DNA of 64,000 nucleotides, taken from positions 211,005-275,004 of the forward strand of contig CAWHNS010000021.1 of assembly GCA_963830715.1 (NCBI GenBank), written 5' to 3'. The notes under the pieces are model-generated. The model had not been told where the DNA came from and made no database searches. It saw nothing but the letters and a program-made list of their open reading frames with translations. Below, in pieces: positions 48,938 through 58,318 of the stretch (the stretch's first letter is position 1; each line of letters starts with the position of its first letter). The DNA comes from an uncultured delta proteobacterium. GTDB lineage: Bacteria > Desulfobacterota > Binatia > Binatales > Binataceae. Made by a program: the position numbers and the translations under genes.

Positions 48938-50365
48938 TTATCGCGGCAGTCCCTCTCGCCGCACAGACGGCGCCGGAGTGATGCGAATCTGGTCGAGGTC
49001 GAACCATCCGCGATGAGGAGGTCTCAGAAAGTGAGGGCCCAGCCGCAAACTGGCGGTTGCGGCCAATTGCTCGCAGGCGCCGCTCTCAAGGACCAACGTC
49101 CGCGGCCTGCGGCCCTGGAGGTCGATCGCATAGTAGTCAGTGGCCCAGTGATCGAGCGGCGTGTCGCGCGCCCATCCAAGATCGGAGCGCGAGATGCAGC
49201 CAGCTTTCGATTCCTCAACCGCTGACGCCAGTCTTCCGGTCAAATGCACCCAGACCACGCTCTGGATCGAAAGGACGGCCAAAGAAACGACGCCGACGGC
49301 GAGCACTGCGGGAGTTCTCTCGCGCCAAAGGAGATCGCTGAAAGAATTCGGTCTCAGCCAAAGCACTTCGGCGGCGGCCGCGCTCATGAACAGCAGCGTT
49401 ATGGGAGCGACCCAGAATCGATAGTCGAGCGCATGCGCCCAGCGATGGGCCACCAGCGCCCAGGGAACCAGGCGAAGGCCGCCGGCGACGATCGCGCCCA
49501 CTGCCAGGTATCCGGCGCGCGAGATACCGGTCAGGTCGCGGTGAGTGCGCGCGGATCTCAACAGGGCGGCGGCGCCAACCAGCTCAAAGCCCAGGGCGAC
49601 CAGCGGCCATCCGAGTACTGCCTTGCGGAACGACCGGCCCATCACGGCGAACGTCAACAAGTCTCTCTCATATGGGTAAAGCGGATGCAGCACCTTCGCG
49701 ATCGCGACGATTCCCACGCCGAGCGCGATGGCCAGCCCCATTTTGTTGAGACGCTCCGCCACGAGACTACGCACGACCCCGACCAGAGCCGCAAACCCGA
49801 GCAGCAAAACAGCAATCGGATGAGTCCCGTATTCGGCAAGGCAAAGCGGCGCGACCAGCAACAATAGGATCGGCCGCGGGTCGGTCAGCGTGGTGAGAAG
49901 GATCGGCCATGCCAGTGTCGCGGCCATCAGGGACTCGCCACAGAAACCAAACTGCAGCGGCATCATCGCCAGCCACGACAGCGCCGGCCATACGAACAGC
50001 GAGGGACGCTTTTCGCGGCTGATCAGCCACGACGCGGCCAGCCCGATCGCCGGCACGGACACGTAGCAGGCGCTGTAGATCAGGCGGAGCAGCACGAAGT
50101 TGTCGGTGAAGTGACTCGCCATCAACGCCGGGAGCTGTAGAGGGTAGTTGATCAGGCGCCTCTCGGAGCTCGCGGGCGATCGCTTGTCGAGCAGATGAAA
50201 CAAATCGGAAGAACCGTCCCAGATCAGAGGCCCGCCGGCAATCGCCGCGATCGCCAGGGCGAGCATAACCAGCAGGAAGAAGACCCATATTGGCGGGACG
50301 GATCCAAGCGATCGCGACGGCTTCGCCTCCTGCCTTTCGACTGATAGCGTTACACGCGATGACAC
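48938..50365 (-). CDS. Polytopic membrane protein (about 10 TM plus a C-terminal soluble domain), possible glycan polymerase/GT-C
   Basis: Hydrophobicity pattern only. It is the first gene of the long, tightly packed minus-strand operon. The start codon is uncertain. Confidence 0.5.
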   Translation of the reverse strand: MSSRVTLSVERQEAKPSRSLGSVPPIWVFFLLVMLALAIAAIAGGPLIWDGSSDLFHLLDKRSPASSERRLINYPLQLPALMASHFTDNFVLLRLIYSACYVSVPAIGLAASWLISREKRPSLFVWPALSWLAMMPLQFGFCGESLMAATLAWPILLTTLTDPRPILLLLVAPLCLAEYGTHPIAVLLLGFAALVGVVRSLVAERLNKMGLAIALGVGIVAIAKVLHPLYPYERDLLTFAVMGRSFRKAVLGWPLVALGFELVGAAALLRSARTHRDLTGISRAGYLAVGAIVAGGLRLVPWALVAHRWAHALDYRFWVAPITLLFMSAAAAEVLWLRPNSFSDLLWRERTPAVLAVGVVSLAVLSIQSVVWVHLTGRLASAVEESKAGCISRSDLGWARDTPLDHWATDYYAIDLQGRRPRTLVLESGACEQLAATASLRLGPHFLRPPHRGWFDLDQIRITPAPSVRREGLPR

Positions 50366-51412
50366 GTACCAAGGACATAAATCTCCTCCTGAGAGACTTC
50401 AAGCCCGTCGCGATGATGAAAGCGGCGGCGCACGAGGTGCTCCGGGCGCGTTTCCCGGTCATCGACGTCCATCAGCATACCAACGACGCGATGGGTCTTT
50501 TCGGCAAGCCGATACCTCCTCAGGACCTCATCGCAAGCATGGACGCGTGCAACGTCCACAAGATTGTGGTGCTCACCGGCATGTGGGGCGGCGAGTCTCC
50601 AGCGAACCATCGACGAGTCCGCGGAGCTCTTCCCCGACCGCATGACGGTTTTCACGCAGATCGACTGGAGCAGGATTGCCCATCGCGACTTCGCGCAATT
50701 GTCAGTTGGGCAGATCCGCGACGCGGTCGCTCGCGGCGCACGCGGGCTGAAAATCCTGAAGGAACTGGGACTCGAGGTTCGTGACTCCTCCGGGAAGCTG
50801 ATCGCGGTCAACGATTCACGGCTCGATCCGATCTGCGAGGAATGCGCGGCTATCGGCATTCCGGTCGCGATCCACACTGCCGATCCCGAGGCGTTCTTCC
50901 ATCCGGTTGACCCGACCAACGAGCGCTACGAGGAACTGACCCACAGGCCCGAATGGAGCTTCTGCAGACCGGGATTTCCGGGCAAGGCTTCATTGCTCGA
51001 GGCACAGACGCGGCTCATCGCGCGGCATCCGAATACCACGTTCATTTCCCTTCATGTAATGAGTAGCGCGGAAGACCTCGATTACGCGTCCGAGGCGCTC
51101 GATCGCTATCCAAACGTCTTCGTGGACTTTGGCGCGCGCCAGGGCGAATTGGGCCGCCAGCCGCGCCGTGCGGGACGATTCTTCGCGCAGTATCAGGATC
51201 GAATCCTGTTCGGCACCGATCATCCGGTGGGCGAAGATATGTATCGCAACTATTTCCGATGGCTCGAAACCGACGATGAATACTTCGACTATTGGCGCTA
51301 CCCATGGCAGGGCCGCTGGAAAATATACGGCTTGGCGCTGTCCGATCGCATCCTGGAGAAGGTATACCGTCTCAACGCGGACAGGATATTCAGTGAGTTC
51401 CGGGGCTTGTAG
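50359..51412 (+). CDS. Amidohydrolase-2 family (TIM-barrel metal-dependent hydrolase), apparent frameshift near 50590-50600
   Basis: The FPVIDVHQH metal motif frame ends ...LTGMWGGE. The adjacent frame continues LQRTIDESAELFPDRMTVFTQIDW ... PVAIHTADP. The span is 1054 nt (3n+1). Confidence 0.75.
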
Positions 51413-51484
51413 TCTCGCTGGAAAAGGTCGGCGAGCTGAAGCCCCAATCTTGACTCCTTGACGTTGGGATATCAGGCTGACGCA

Positions 51485-51733
51485 ATGAAAACGAAAGTTG
51501 GAACGTCGCTCGATAGCGAGCTTCTTCGCCACGCTCGATCGGCAGCCGCCCAAGACGGAAAGCGATTGAACCAAATCATCGAAGAGGCGCTCTCGGCTCA
51601 TCTGACGCGGAAGTCGGCGAGGCAGACTCCGAACGCCGTCGCGCGAACTGCAGCCTGCCTGAAGCTATCGAAACGCAGAGTTGATCGAATCCTTTGGGAA
51701 GAGCCTGGAATCCTCGACCACTCACTTACATGA
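51485..51733 (+). CDS. Ribbon-helix-helix (CopG/VapB-like) antitoxin-like protein, apparently orphan
   Basis: MKTKVGTSLDSELLRHARSAAAQDGKRLNQIIEEALSAHL is a typical RHH pattern. No intact toxin ORF follows. Confidence 0.45.
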   Translation: MKTKVGTSLDSELLRHARSAAAQDGKRLNQIIEEALSAHLTRKSARQTPNAVARTAACLKLSKRRVDRILWEEPGILDHSLT

Positions 51734-52306
51734 TCCTTTGCGCAACGGACAGGAAAGAGAATCGCTTCGCGTAGATTCTTCGCCTTCGGCAGCGGTCGGC
51801 TCAGAATGACGCACGTTGTGCCGAGCACAATACCGACTCCGTGAGTCAGTTCTTCTGACCCCCGGATGCTGTGCCCTTGCCGAATTCCCGCGCGCAATCG
51901 GCGGCATCGAAAACGAGCCGCCACGGCGCAACCTTGCCGGTTCTCTACAGTCCGCTGCGGCGCCATTTCTCCGGAATGGTATGGAGTTGCGCATCCGTGA
52001 AACGGATGAACTGACGCCCACCTGGCAGCGCGTTGCTTCGAGGCCACCGTGCCCGTCTTGAACGAGTGCCCAGTGGTTCGACTCAGCAGCGAGCGATAGC
52101 CATCTGCGCAGTCTCCTGAGCTGCGCCTCGCTCAAGACCCGCTCGGTCACCACGATGCAATCAATGTCGCTTCGCTTCGGGTTGAACGCCGCCTGCGTCA
52201 GTGAGCCGTACAGATAGATGCCGATCAAGTTCTTGCCGAGAACGACCGGAAGTTGAGTTGCGAGAGCATCGAGCAGAGCGAAAACCTGAGACGGAATACG
52301 GACCAT
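51722..52306 (-). pseudogene. Nucleotidyltransferase-domain (ANT/AadA-like) gene remnant
   Basis: The N-terminus LIGIYLYGSLTQAAFNPKRSDIDCIVV is intact for about 85 aa. After that the frame degenerates. A fragment TGTVASKQRAARWA, resembling the C-terminal DUF4111 region, appears in another frame. Confidence 0.45.
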
Positions 52307-52395
52307 AATTCACAAAGTAGAATTTCCAGGTTGGTTCCGACCCATATGCCCGGGCTTTCGATTGATCCTCAACGTGTCGCCGGATAAGTACAACA

Positions 52396-53736
52396 GTGAA
52401 CGCAGTGACACGCATCCGGTCGCAGCGCGGTTCACGATGTCGTTTCAAATGGCAAGACCGAGGATCTCGCCACCAGGAGATCGGGAGCATTGTCGCCGAA
52501 GGCGAACCCGGCGAACGATGCTTCACCTCTCGTGCTTATGACAAACGCACGCTTAACATACTCTACGTCGGAACACTTCCGCCGCACCCTGGAGGTAGCG
52601 CTATTGTGGGCAGCTACCTGCTACCGGGATTGGTAGCGTTGGGTCACAGGGTCCGCGCCTTAGCGCCCATCACCCAAGATGCATTGCGGCTCGGCGATAC
52701 GTTTGCCCTGAGGCATCCAGAGATCGCAGTTGCCAGATACCTTGTCCCATTTTTCTCCAACGCCAGCGAAGCAGGGTCCGCTGATAGGGACTATCGCCTT
52801 GCCGAGGACGGAGCGATTAGAGAGGCACTCCCTCAACTCGTATCGTGTGAGCGGCCTGACGTTCTGATCCATGGGCGCGAAGCGATCGCCCTGCAAATCG
52901 CGGGCTCCGATAACGATTCGCTTATACCTTCAGTGCTGATTGTCCATGGAGGGGCCACCTTCGAGAGACTCGCAACAGACTCTTCTCAGGCAAGAGACTT
53001 GCTCGAGCAATTCAGGAAAATGAACCTGATTGTCGCGGTCGCACGACACCTGTCTCAAACCCTCAGCAGAGTGGGCCTGCGCAACGTCAAGTTCATTCCG
53101 AACATGGTCGATCTCGATCAATTCTCCCCGGCGCCGAAGGACCCGGTTCTGTTGCGGGAGCTGAATATCGCGAGCGACAGGATCGTGGTGCTGCACGTCT
53201 CAAAACTGGCCCGGATCAAAAGACCCCTGGACCTTGTTGCCTCTGCTGAAATTGCCGTCCGGAAGGAATCCAGGCTGATATATTTGGTGGTGGGAGACGG
53301 TCCATACCGGGCGACGATGGTTGAGACTTGTAAGCGCAAAGGACTCTCTGAGAACTTCAGGTTCATCAATTGGATGGATCATGATCGGCTCGCTCGCTAT
53401 ATGAACCTGGCCGAAATAGTGGCCATGCCTTCCGAGTCTGAGGGGCAATCGCTGGTGTGCCTGGAAGCTCAAGCGTGCGGACGTTTCCTGCTGGCCAGTG
53501 ATATCCCTGGCGCTCGGGAAATCATCGCGGACGGCGAAACAGGCCTGCTGTTCAAAAAAGGAGATGTCAACGACCTCGCCACAAAGGTGCTTTGGGCAGC
53601 AGCCAATCCCGAGGCACGCGCCGCGATCGGGCGGAAGGCGCGGGAAGCGGTCCGTGCCCACGCACACACCTCCAGCGTGCGAGAGTATTCGTCGGCTTTC
53701 ACAGTTGTCGCGGGCGATGGAGCGCAAGCGACCTAG
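52396..53736 (+). CDS. Glycosyltransferase family 4 (true start probably near 52540-52550)
   Basis: NILYVGTLPPHPGGSAIV and the PSESEGQSLVCLEAQACGRFLLASDIPGAREII motif. An out-of-frame ATG at 52538 suggests another indel or a non-canonical start. Confidence 0.8.
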   Translation: MNAVTRIRSQRGSRCRFKWQDRGSRHQEIGSIVAEGEPGERCFTSRAYDKRTLNILYVGTLPPHPGGSAIVGSYLLPGLVALGHRVRALAPITQDALRLGDTFALRHPEIAVARYLVPFFSNASEAGSADRDYRLAEDGAIREALPQLVSCERPDVLIHGREAIALQIAGSDNDSLIPSVLIVHGGATFERLATDSSQARDLLEQFRKMNLIVAVARHLSQTLSRVGLRNVKFIPNMVDLDQFSPAPKDPVLLRELNIASDRIVVLHVSKLARIKRPLDLVASAEIAVRKESRLIYLVVGDGPYRATMVETCKRKGLSENFRFINWMDHDRLARYMNLAEIVAMPSESEGQSLVCLEAQACGRFLLASDIPGAREIIADGETGLLFKKGDVNDLATKVLWAAANPEARAAIGRKAREAVRAHAHTSSVREYSSAFTVVAGDGAQAT

Positions 53737-53761
53737 TTTTCGTAAGTAAAGTTGATTTCCT

Positions 53762-53839
53762 TGGCGTCCCCGACGGGATTTGAACCCGTGTTACCGACGT
53801 GAAAGGCCGGTGTCCTAGGCCGAGCTAGACGACGGGGAC
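53762..53839 (-). tRNA. tRNA-Glu (anticodon UUC), CCA encoded
   Basis: Minus strand: GTCCCCGTCGTCTAGCTCGGCCTAGGACACCGGCCTTTCACGTCGGTAACACGGGTTCAAATCCCGTCGGGGACGCCA. The 7-bp acceptor stem was checked. The anticodon loop is CTTTCAC. Near-identical in layout to E. coli tRNA-Glu. Confidence 0.92.
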
Positions 53840-53924
53840 GATGCCTGCGAGCAGCGTGCGCTGTGGCGTTATCCCGCGCAAGTTATCAGAGCCGAAAGAG
53901 TCGCGGCAAGGCGCGGCCTGAGGG

Positions 53925-54767
53925 CTATCCGCTGAATTGGAGTTGGCCGATGATTTGGGAGACCGAGCCTTTGCCGCATTGCGAGAGTATCGCGTCGAGT
54001 TCGCGATCGATTCGGCCGAGCGCGCCTGCTCCTTCCTTCACGACCGCCGAGCCGACCTGCACCGCGGTTGCTCCCGCGAGGTGCGCGACGTATGCGTCGC
54101 GGCCCGTGCTCACGCCTCCCACTGCGACGACCTGAAGCAACCGGTCGCTCTCGCGGTAGAACGCGTGCGCCTGCGACAGCGCACGCGACACGCCGCCGGC
54201 TGTCCCGGAGGCGATATCGATCTCGAGATCCTGGGGCAGATCGTTGTGACATACCGCGATCGCGATCCGCAGCGACTTCATCAGATCGGCGATCGCCCGC
54301 GGCTCCACCGCCAGTTTCGACGGCATCTTCACGGCGATCGCGGCGACGGTCTCGCCGCGCACGCGCCCGAGGATCGCGCTAAGCCGCTCAATGGAGTTGA
54401 ACGGCGCGATCGACTTGAGAACATAATCGTCGGCGAGGTTCAGCTCGATGATTTGGAGGCCCGCACGATCGAGCGCGACGGCCACGGCGACTATCTCGTC
54501 CGCGCTCGCGCCGGCCACGCTCCCGACGATTACCTTCCCGCGCGGTATGAGCTCGCGAGCTATCGCGGCAAAGTGTTCGACTCCGCGATTCCTGAGACTC
54601 TCGGGAGCCTCCAGGCCGGCGAGGTTGCACGACTTGAGGACCAGCGCGCCGTTGTGGACCGCGCAGAGTTCGTAAATCTCGCCGCGCTCCGCCGATCGCG
54701 CGCCCGAGGCGTTGGCGATTGACGAACCGATCGAGACACCACCAAGACGAATCGCGGTCCGTTCCAT
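53925..54767 (-). CDS. Dihydroorotate dehydrogenase-family (class 1-like) flavoprotein
   Basis: TIM-barrel DHOD/DHPD pattern: LVLKSCNLAG, IELNL, VVAVGGVSTGRDAYVAHLAGATAVQVGSAV. Confidence 0.65.
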   Translation of the reverse strand: MERTAIRLGGVSIGSSIANASGARSAERGEIYELCAVHNGALVLKSCNLAGLEAPESLRNRGVEHFAAIARELIPRGKVIVGSVAGASADEIVAVAVALDRAGLQIIELNLADDYVLKSIAPFNSIERLSAILGRVRGETVAAIAVKMPSKLAVEPRAIADLMKSLRIAIAVCHNDLPQDLEIDIASGTAGGVSRALSQAHAFYRESDRLLQVVAVGGVSTGRDAYVAHLAGATAVQVGSAVVKEGAGALGRIDRELDAILSQCGKGSVSQIIGQLQFSG

Positions 54768-54799
54768 GCGATTACTTCCTAGTCTAATGTGTCCATCAA

Positions 54800-55783
54800 A
54801 TGGAAGGACCGATACTGATCGCGGGGGCCGGCGGACTCGGGTCGGTGTTCGGGGCGATGCTCCGCGCGGCAGGGCATCGGGTCGCGATGCTCGGCCGGCG
54901 GGAGCATCTGGATGCGATCGCGGAGCGCGGCCTCGAATTGAGCGGCCTCCTTGGCCGGCGCGTCGTTCGCGGCTTCACGCTCGCCGACGATCCGGCACGT
55001 CTTGACGGACGTTTTCCGTTGATCCTTTTCACTGTGAAGAGTTACGACACGGAAGCAATGGCGCTCGCGATCGAGCCTCTGCTCGAGGACGGCGGTCTGC
55101 TGGTCTCGATGCAAAACGGACTCGGCAATATCGAGACTCTGGTTGGTCGCTTCGGCGCGAACCGGGTGCTCGGCGCCCGCGTGATCTTCGGCGCGGAGAT
55201 TGCGCATCCCGGGGCGGTGCGGGTCACGGTCTTTGCCGAGCCGGTCGCGATCGGTCCTGCGCCGGCGATTCACGGCAATTCCGCGCGGGGGATGGAGCGC
55301 CGGGCGAGCCAAATCGCGCAGCTGATCGCCGCGGCTGGAATACCCTGCCAGTCGTGCGCGGACATTATGCCGGTGCTGTGGACCAAGGTGCTCTACAATG
55401 CGGCGCTTAATCCGCTCGGCGCGCTGCTGAAGCTCCATTACGGCGCGCTCGCGGGCGATCCCGATCTGCGCCGCATAATGGATCAAACGATTGAGGAGGC
55501 GTTCGCGGTCGCGCGGCGGCTCGGCGTGGCGCTCCCGTTCGGCGACGCGGCTGAATATCGCGCGCTGTTCTACGGCCGGCTCGTGCCGTTAACATACGAC
55601 CATCGCCCCTCGATGCTGAAGGACCTGGAGTGTCGCGGGCGAACTGAAATCGACGCCCTCAACGGCAGGATCGTCGAGCTGGCGGACGCCATGGGGCTTC
55701 GCGCCGACATCAATCGCACGCTCGCCAGCCTGATAAGCGCCAGCGCGCGGCTCCGGCTTCAACGGATGAAGGAGAGCAGTTGA
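54800..55783 (+). CDS. panE: 2-dehydropantoate 2-reductase (ApbA/PanE family)
   Basis: ILIAGAGGLGSVFGAML Rossmann motif, VKSYDTE, MQNGLGN, SMLKDLECRGRTEIDALNG. Confidence 0.8.
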   Translation: MEGPILIAGAGGLGSVFGAMLRAAGHRVAMLGRREHLDAIAERGLELSGLLGRRVVRGFTLADDPARLDGRFPLILFTVKSYDTEAMALAIEPLLEDGGLLVSMQNGLGNIETLVGRFGANRVLGARVIFGAEIAHPGAVRVTVFAEPVAIGPAPAIHGNSARGMERRASQIAQLIAAAGIPCQSCADIMPVLWTKVLYNAALNPLGALLKLHYGALAGDPDLRRIMDQTIEEAFAVARRLGVALPFGDAAEYRALFYGRLVPLTYDHRPSMLKDLECRGRTEIDALNGRIVELADAMGLRADINRTLASLISASARLRLQRMKESS

Positions 55784-56250
55784 AAACGATCAACATCAGC
55801 CGCGCCGCGATGGACGCGATGGTCGCGCAGGCGGAGCGGGAGTTTCCCCGCGAATGCTGCGGCTTCGTGATCGGCGACAGCGCGACCGACGAAGTGCGGC
55901 CAATCACCAATATCCAGGACCGGATGCACGCCGAGAGTCCGCAGGAGCATCCCCGCGACGCGCGCACCGCCTTCGCGCTCGAACCCAAAGAGCATCTGGC
56001 GGTGCTCAATGAGATTGACCGCCGCAAGCTGACTCTGAAAGTCATCTACCATTCCCATCCGGATCACGACGCGTACTTCTCCGCGACCGATCGCGCGCAG
56101 GCGTGCTCGTTCGATCCCGACGAGCCCACCTATCCCCACGCCGGCTACGTTGTGATCTCGGTGATGGCGGGCAAGTTCGCGCGCGCGGCGGCTTTCGTGT
56201 GGAATGAGGCGGCCAAGGAATTCGTGGAGACTGCGCTGGACATTACATGA
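55780..56250 (+). CDS. JAMM/MPN+ (Mov34, M67-like) metalloprotease, stand-alone
   Basis: E-x-CG (ECCGF) and HSHPDHDAYFSATD, the JAMM motif. TTG start in a TTGA overlap with the panE stop, with GGAGAG RBS. Confidence 0.8.
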   Translation: MKTINISRAAMDAMVAQAEREFPRECCGFVIGDSATDEVRPITNIQDRMHAESPQEHPRDARTAFALEPKEHLAVLNEIDRRKLTLKVIYHSHPDHDAYFSATDRAQACSFDPDEPTYPHAGYVVISVMAGKFARAAAFVWNEAAKEFVETALDIT

Positions 56251-56253
56251 CGC

Positions 56254-58278
56254 TCACGATGGTTCGAGTGAGCGCTGGAACTGGCGAAGGTCGGCCGGAC
56301 GTCCCGCGACGACGATCGTGTCGCCGGACTTGAGATAACGGTTGGGATCGACCACCACGAAGCCGGCCTCCGGATCGGCGCCGTCCTGGATCGCCAGCAC
56401 CGTGACGCCGAACTTTGCCCGCGGGTCGAGTGCGCGCAGCGTCTTCCCGGCGGCCGCCTCAGGGACCTTCACTCGCGTCACGCGATAGCCGGTCGCCCAG
56501 AAGATGTTGTTGTCCGGGGTCGCGAGCGCCGACAGCGAAACCGCGACCCGGTTGGCTGCCTGTGAAACGTTGCGGCGCGAGACCAATCCCAGGAATTGCC
56601 CGCCGCCGGGTCTCTCGACTACCGGCAGCTCGTCGAGATCTTCGGCTTCCATGATTTGAATCGTCTGGTCGAGACTCGATGCGGGCGTTACCACCGGCGG
56701 ATTCTGCCGGCTCAGGTCGTAGGCGTTGACGATTGGTCCGAGTTCGCTGCCGCTGGCCAAAAGCGTGAGCAGCTCGCGAGTGACGATCAGCCCGGACAGC
56801 TCGCCGTCAGCACCGATTACCGGAAGGATGCTCTGGGAGGTTTCGCCAGCCACACGCAGAACGTCCGACAACGATGCGCTCTCCGGCACGACAGTCACGT
56901 CCTTGACCATCACCGAGCTCACCGGGATTTGCGTGAGCGCCAGGCGATCCTTGCTGAATTGCAGCGTCTTGCCCTCGCGCGCGAGCCGGTAGGTATCGAT
57001 CGATTCGCGCTCGATCGCGCGCGCGACCACCAGCGCGGCGATCGCGCTGATCATCGCGGGCAGCGTCACGGCGTAATCGCGGGTCATCTCAGTCAGCAGA
57101 AAAATGGCGGTCAGGGGAGCGTGGGTGGTTCCCGCCAGGAATGCGCCGAGACCGACCAGCGCGTACGAACCACGCGGCCCCGTCAATCCCGGCAGGATGC
57201 GGCTGGAGATCACGCGAAAGCCCCCGCCGGTCATCGCGCCGATGAAGAAGATCGGGCCGAATACGCCGCCCGGCGCGCCGCATCCAAGCGAGATGCTGCT
57301 GGCGGCGATCTTCGCCACCGCCAGCGTGCCCATGTGGATGGGCGCCAAACGGCCGGCCAGGGCCGCATCGATAACCGGGTATCCGTCGGAGAGATTGTCG
57401 GGCAACACCATCGCGATCGCGCCGACCAATCCGAGCCCGATCGCGAGTCGGACCCACGCCGGCGCCTCCAGGCGGCGGAACGCGCGGGCCGTCGCGTGAA
57501 ACACGCGGATGTAACCCGCCGCGATCAGTCCAATCACGACTCCCATCAAGGCGTAGGTCAGCATCTCCCAGTAGCTGAGCAGCACGAATGGCTGAACATG
57601 GAAGACCACGGAGTCGCCGGCGATTGCCCGCGAGGTCACCACGCTGCTGACGGTCGCAAGAATGATCAGGCTCAGGTTGGCAAGTTCGGTATTTCCCAGC
57701 AATACGATTTCCTGCGCGAACACCAGGCCGCCGATCGGCGCGTTGAAGGTGGTCGCGATTCCTGCGCCCGCTCCCGCCGCGACCAGCACGCGGCTGCGAT
57801 CTGCGGTCAGGCGGGCAACCTGGGCGATCGCCGCGCCGATTGCGCCCCCGATTTGCGCGATCGGCCCCTCGCGCCCCACCGACGCGCCCGAACCCAGCGA
57901 CAAAGCGGCGCCGGCGGCTTTGACGAATATCCATCGGCGCTTGATACGCCCGCCGCCAAGGTTGACCATCTCCAGGAAATTCGGGAAGCCGTAGCCGAGA
58001 ACGTCGCCCGGAAAGAAGCGATCGAGCAGCATGATCGCGCCGCCCCCGCTCAAGAGGACCAATGGGATCAGCGCCCGGAACGCACCGCCGCGCGCAATTC
58101 CGAGCAGCCGCCATTCCACGCCGCGGAACAGCGACGAGCACAGGTCGATCAGCACGCGAAAGCCGAGGTTGCCCAGCGCGCCCAGTATCCCGACTATGAC
58201 CGCGAGCGCGATCAGCTCGACATATTCGAGCTGATCGGTTCGCAACAGCGAGAACGCCCGGGTGCCAAGCGACGACAT
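56254..58278 (-). CDS. ClC-family chloride channel/antiporter with 2 CBS domains and a C-terminal TrkA-C domain
   Basis: GSGASVGREGP, GAPGGVFGP, a CBS pair and a TrkA_C-like tail (VLAIQDG...GDTIVVAG). 674 aa. Confidence 0.9.
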   Translation of the reverse strand: MSSLGTRAFSLLRTDQLEYVELIALAVIVGILGALGNLGFRVLIDLCSSLFRGVEWRLLGIARGGAFRALIPLVLLSGGGAIMLLDRFFPGDVLGYGFPNFLEMVNLGGGRIKRRWIFVKAAGAALSLGSGASVGREGPIAQIGGAIGAAIAQVARLTADRSRVLVAAGAGAGIATTFNAPIGGLVFAQEIVLLGNTELANLSLIILATVSSVVTSRAIAGDSVVFHVQPFVLLSYWEMLTYALMGVVIGLIAAGYIRVFHATARAFRRLEAPAWVRLAIGLGLVGAIAMVLPDNLSDGYPVIDAALAGRLAPIHMGTLAVAKIAASSISLGCGAPGGVFGPIFFIGAMTGGGFRVISSRILPGLTGPRGSYALVGLGAFLAGTTHAPLTAIFLLTEMTRDYAVTLPAMISAIAALVVARAIERESIDTYRLAREGKTLQFSKDRLALTQIPVSSVMVKDVTVVPESASLSDVLRVAGETSQSILPVIGADGELSGLIVTRELLTLLASGSELGPIVNAYDLSRQNPPVVTPASSLDQTIQIMEAEDLDELPVVERPGGGQFLGLVSRRNVSQAANRVAVSLSALATPDNNIFWATGYRVTRVKVPEAAAGKTLRALDPRAKFGVTVLAIQDGADPEAGFVVVDPNRYLKSGDTIVVAGRPADLRQFQRSLEPS

Positions 58279-58318
58279 TCTGTATGGCCGGCTCGCGGTC
58301 AGTCTCGATCCGGAGTCA

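Noticed and set aside
47849-49225. 458-aa plus-strand ORF (and similar ones at 56596-58350, 59327-60388, 60693-61829)
   Set aside because: These are antisense shadows of the CgeB-like GT, the ClC channel, the aminotransferase and the CoA-transferase genes.
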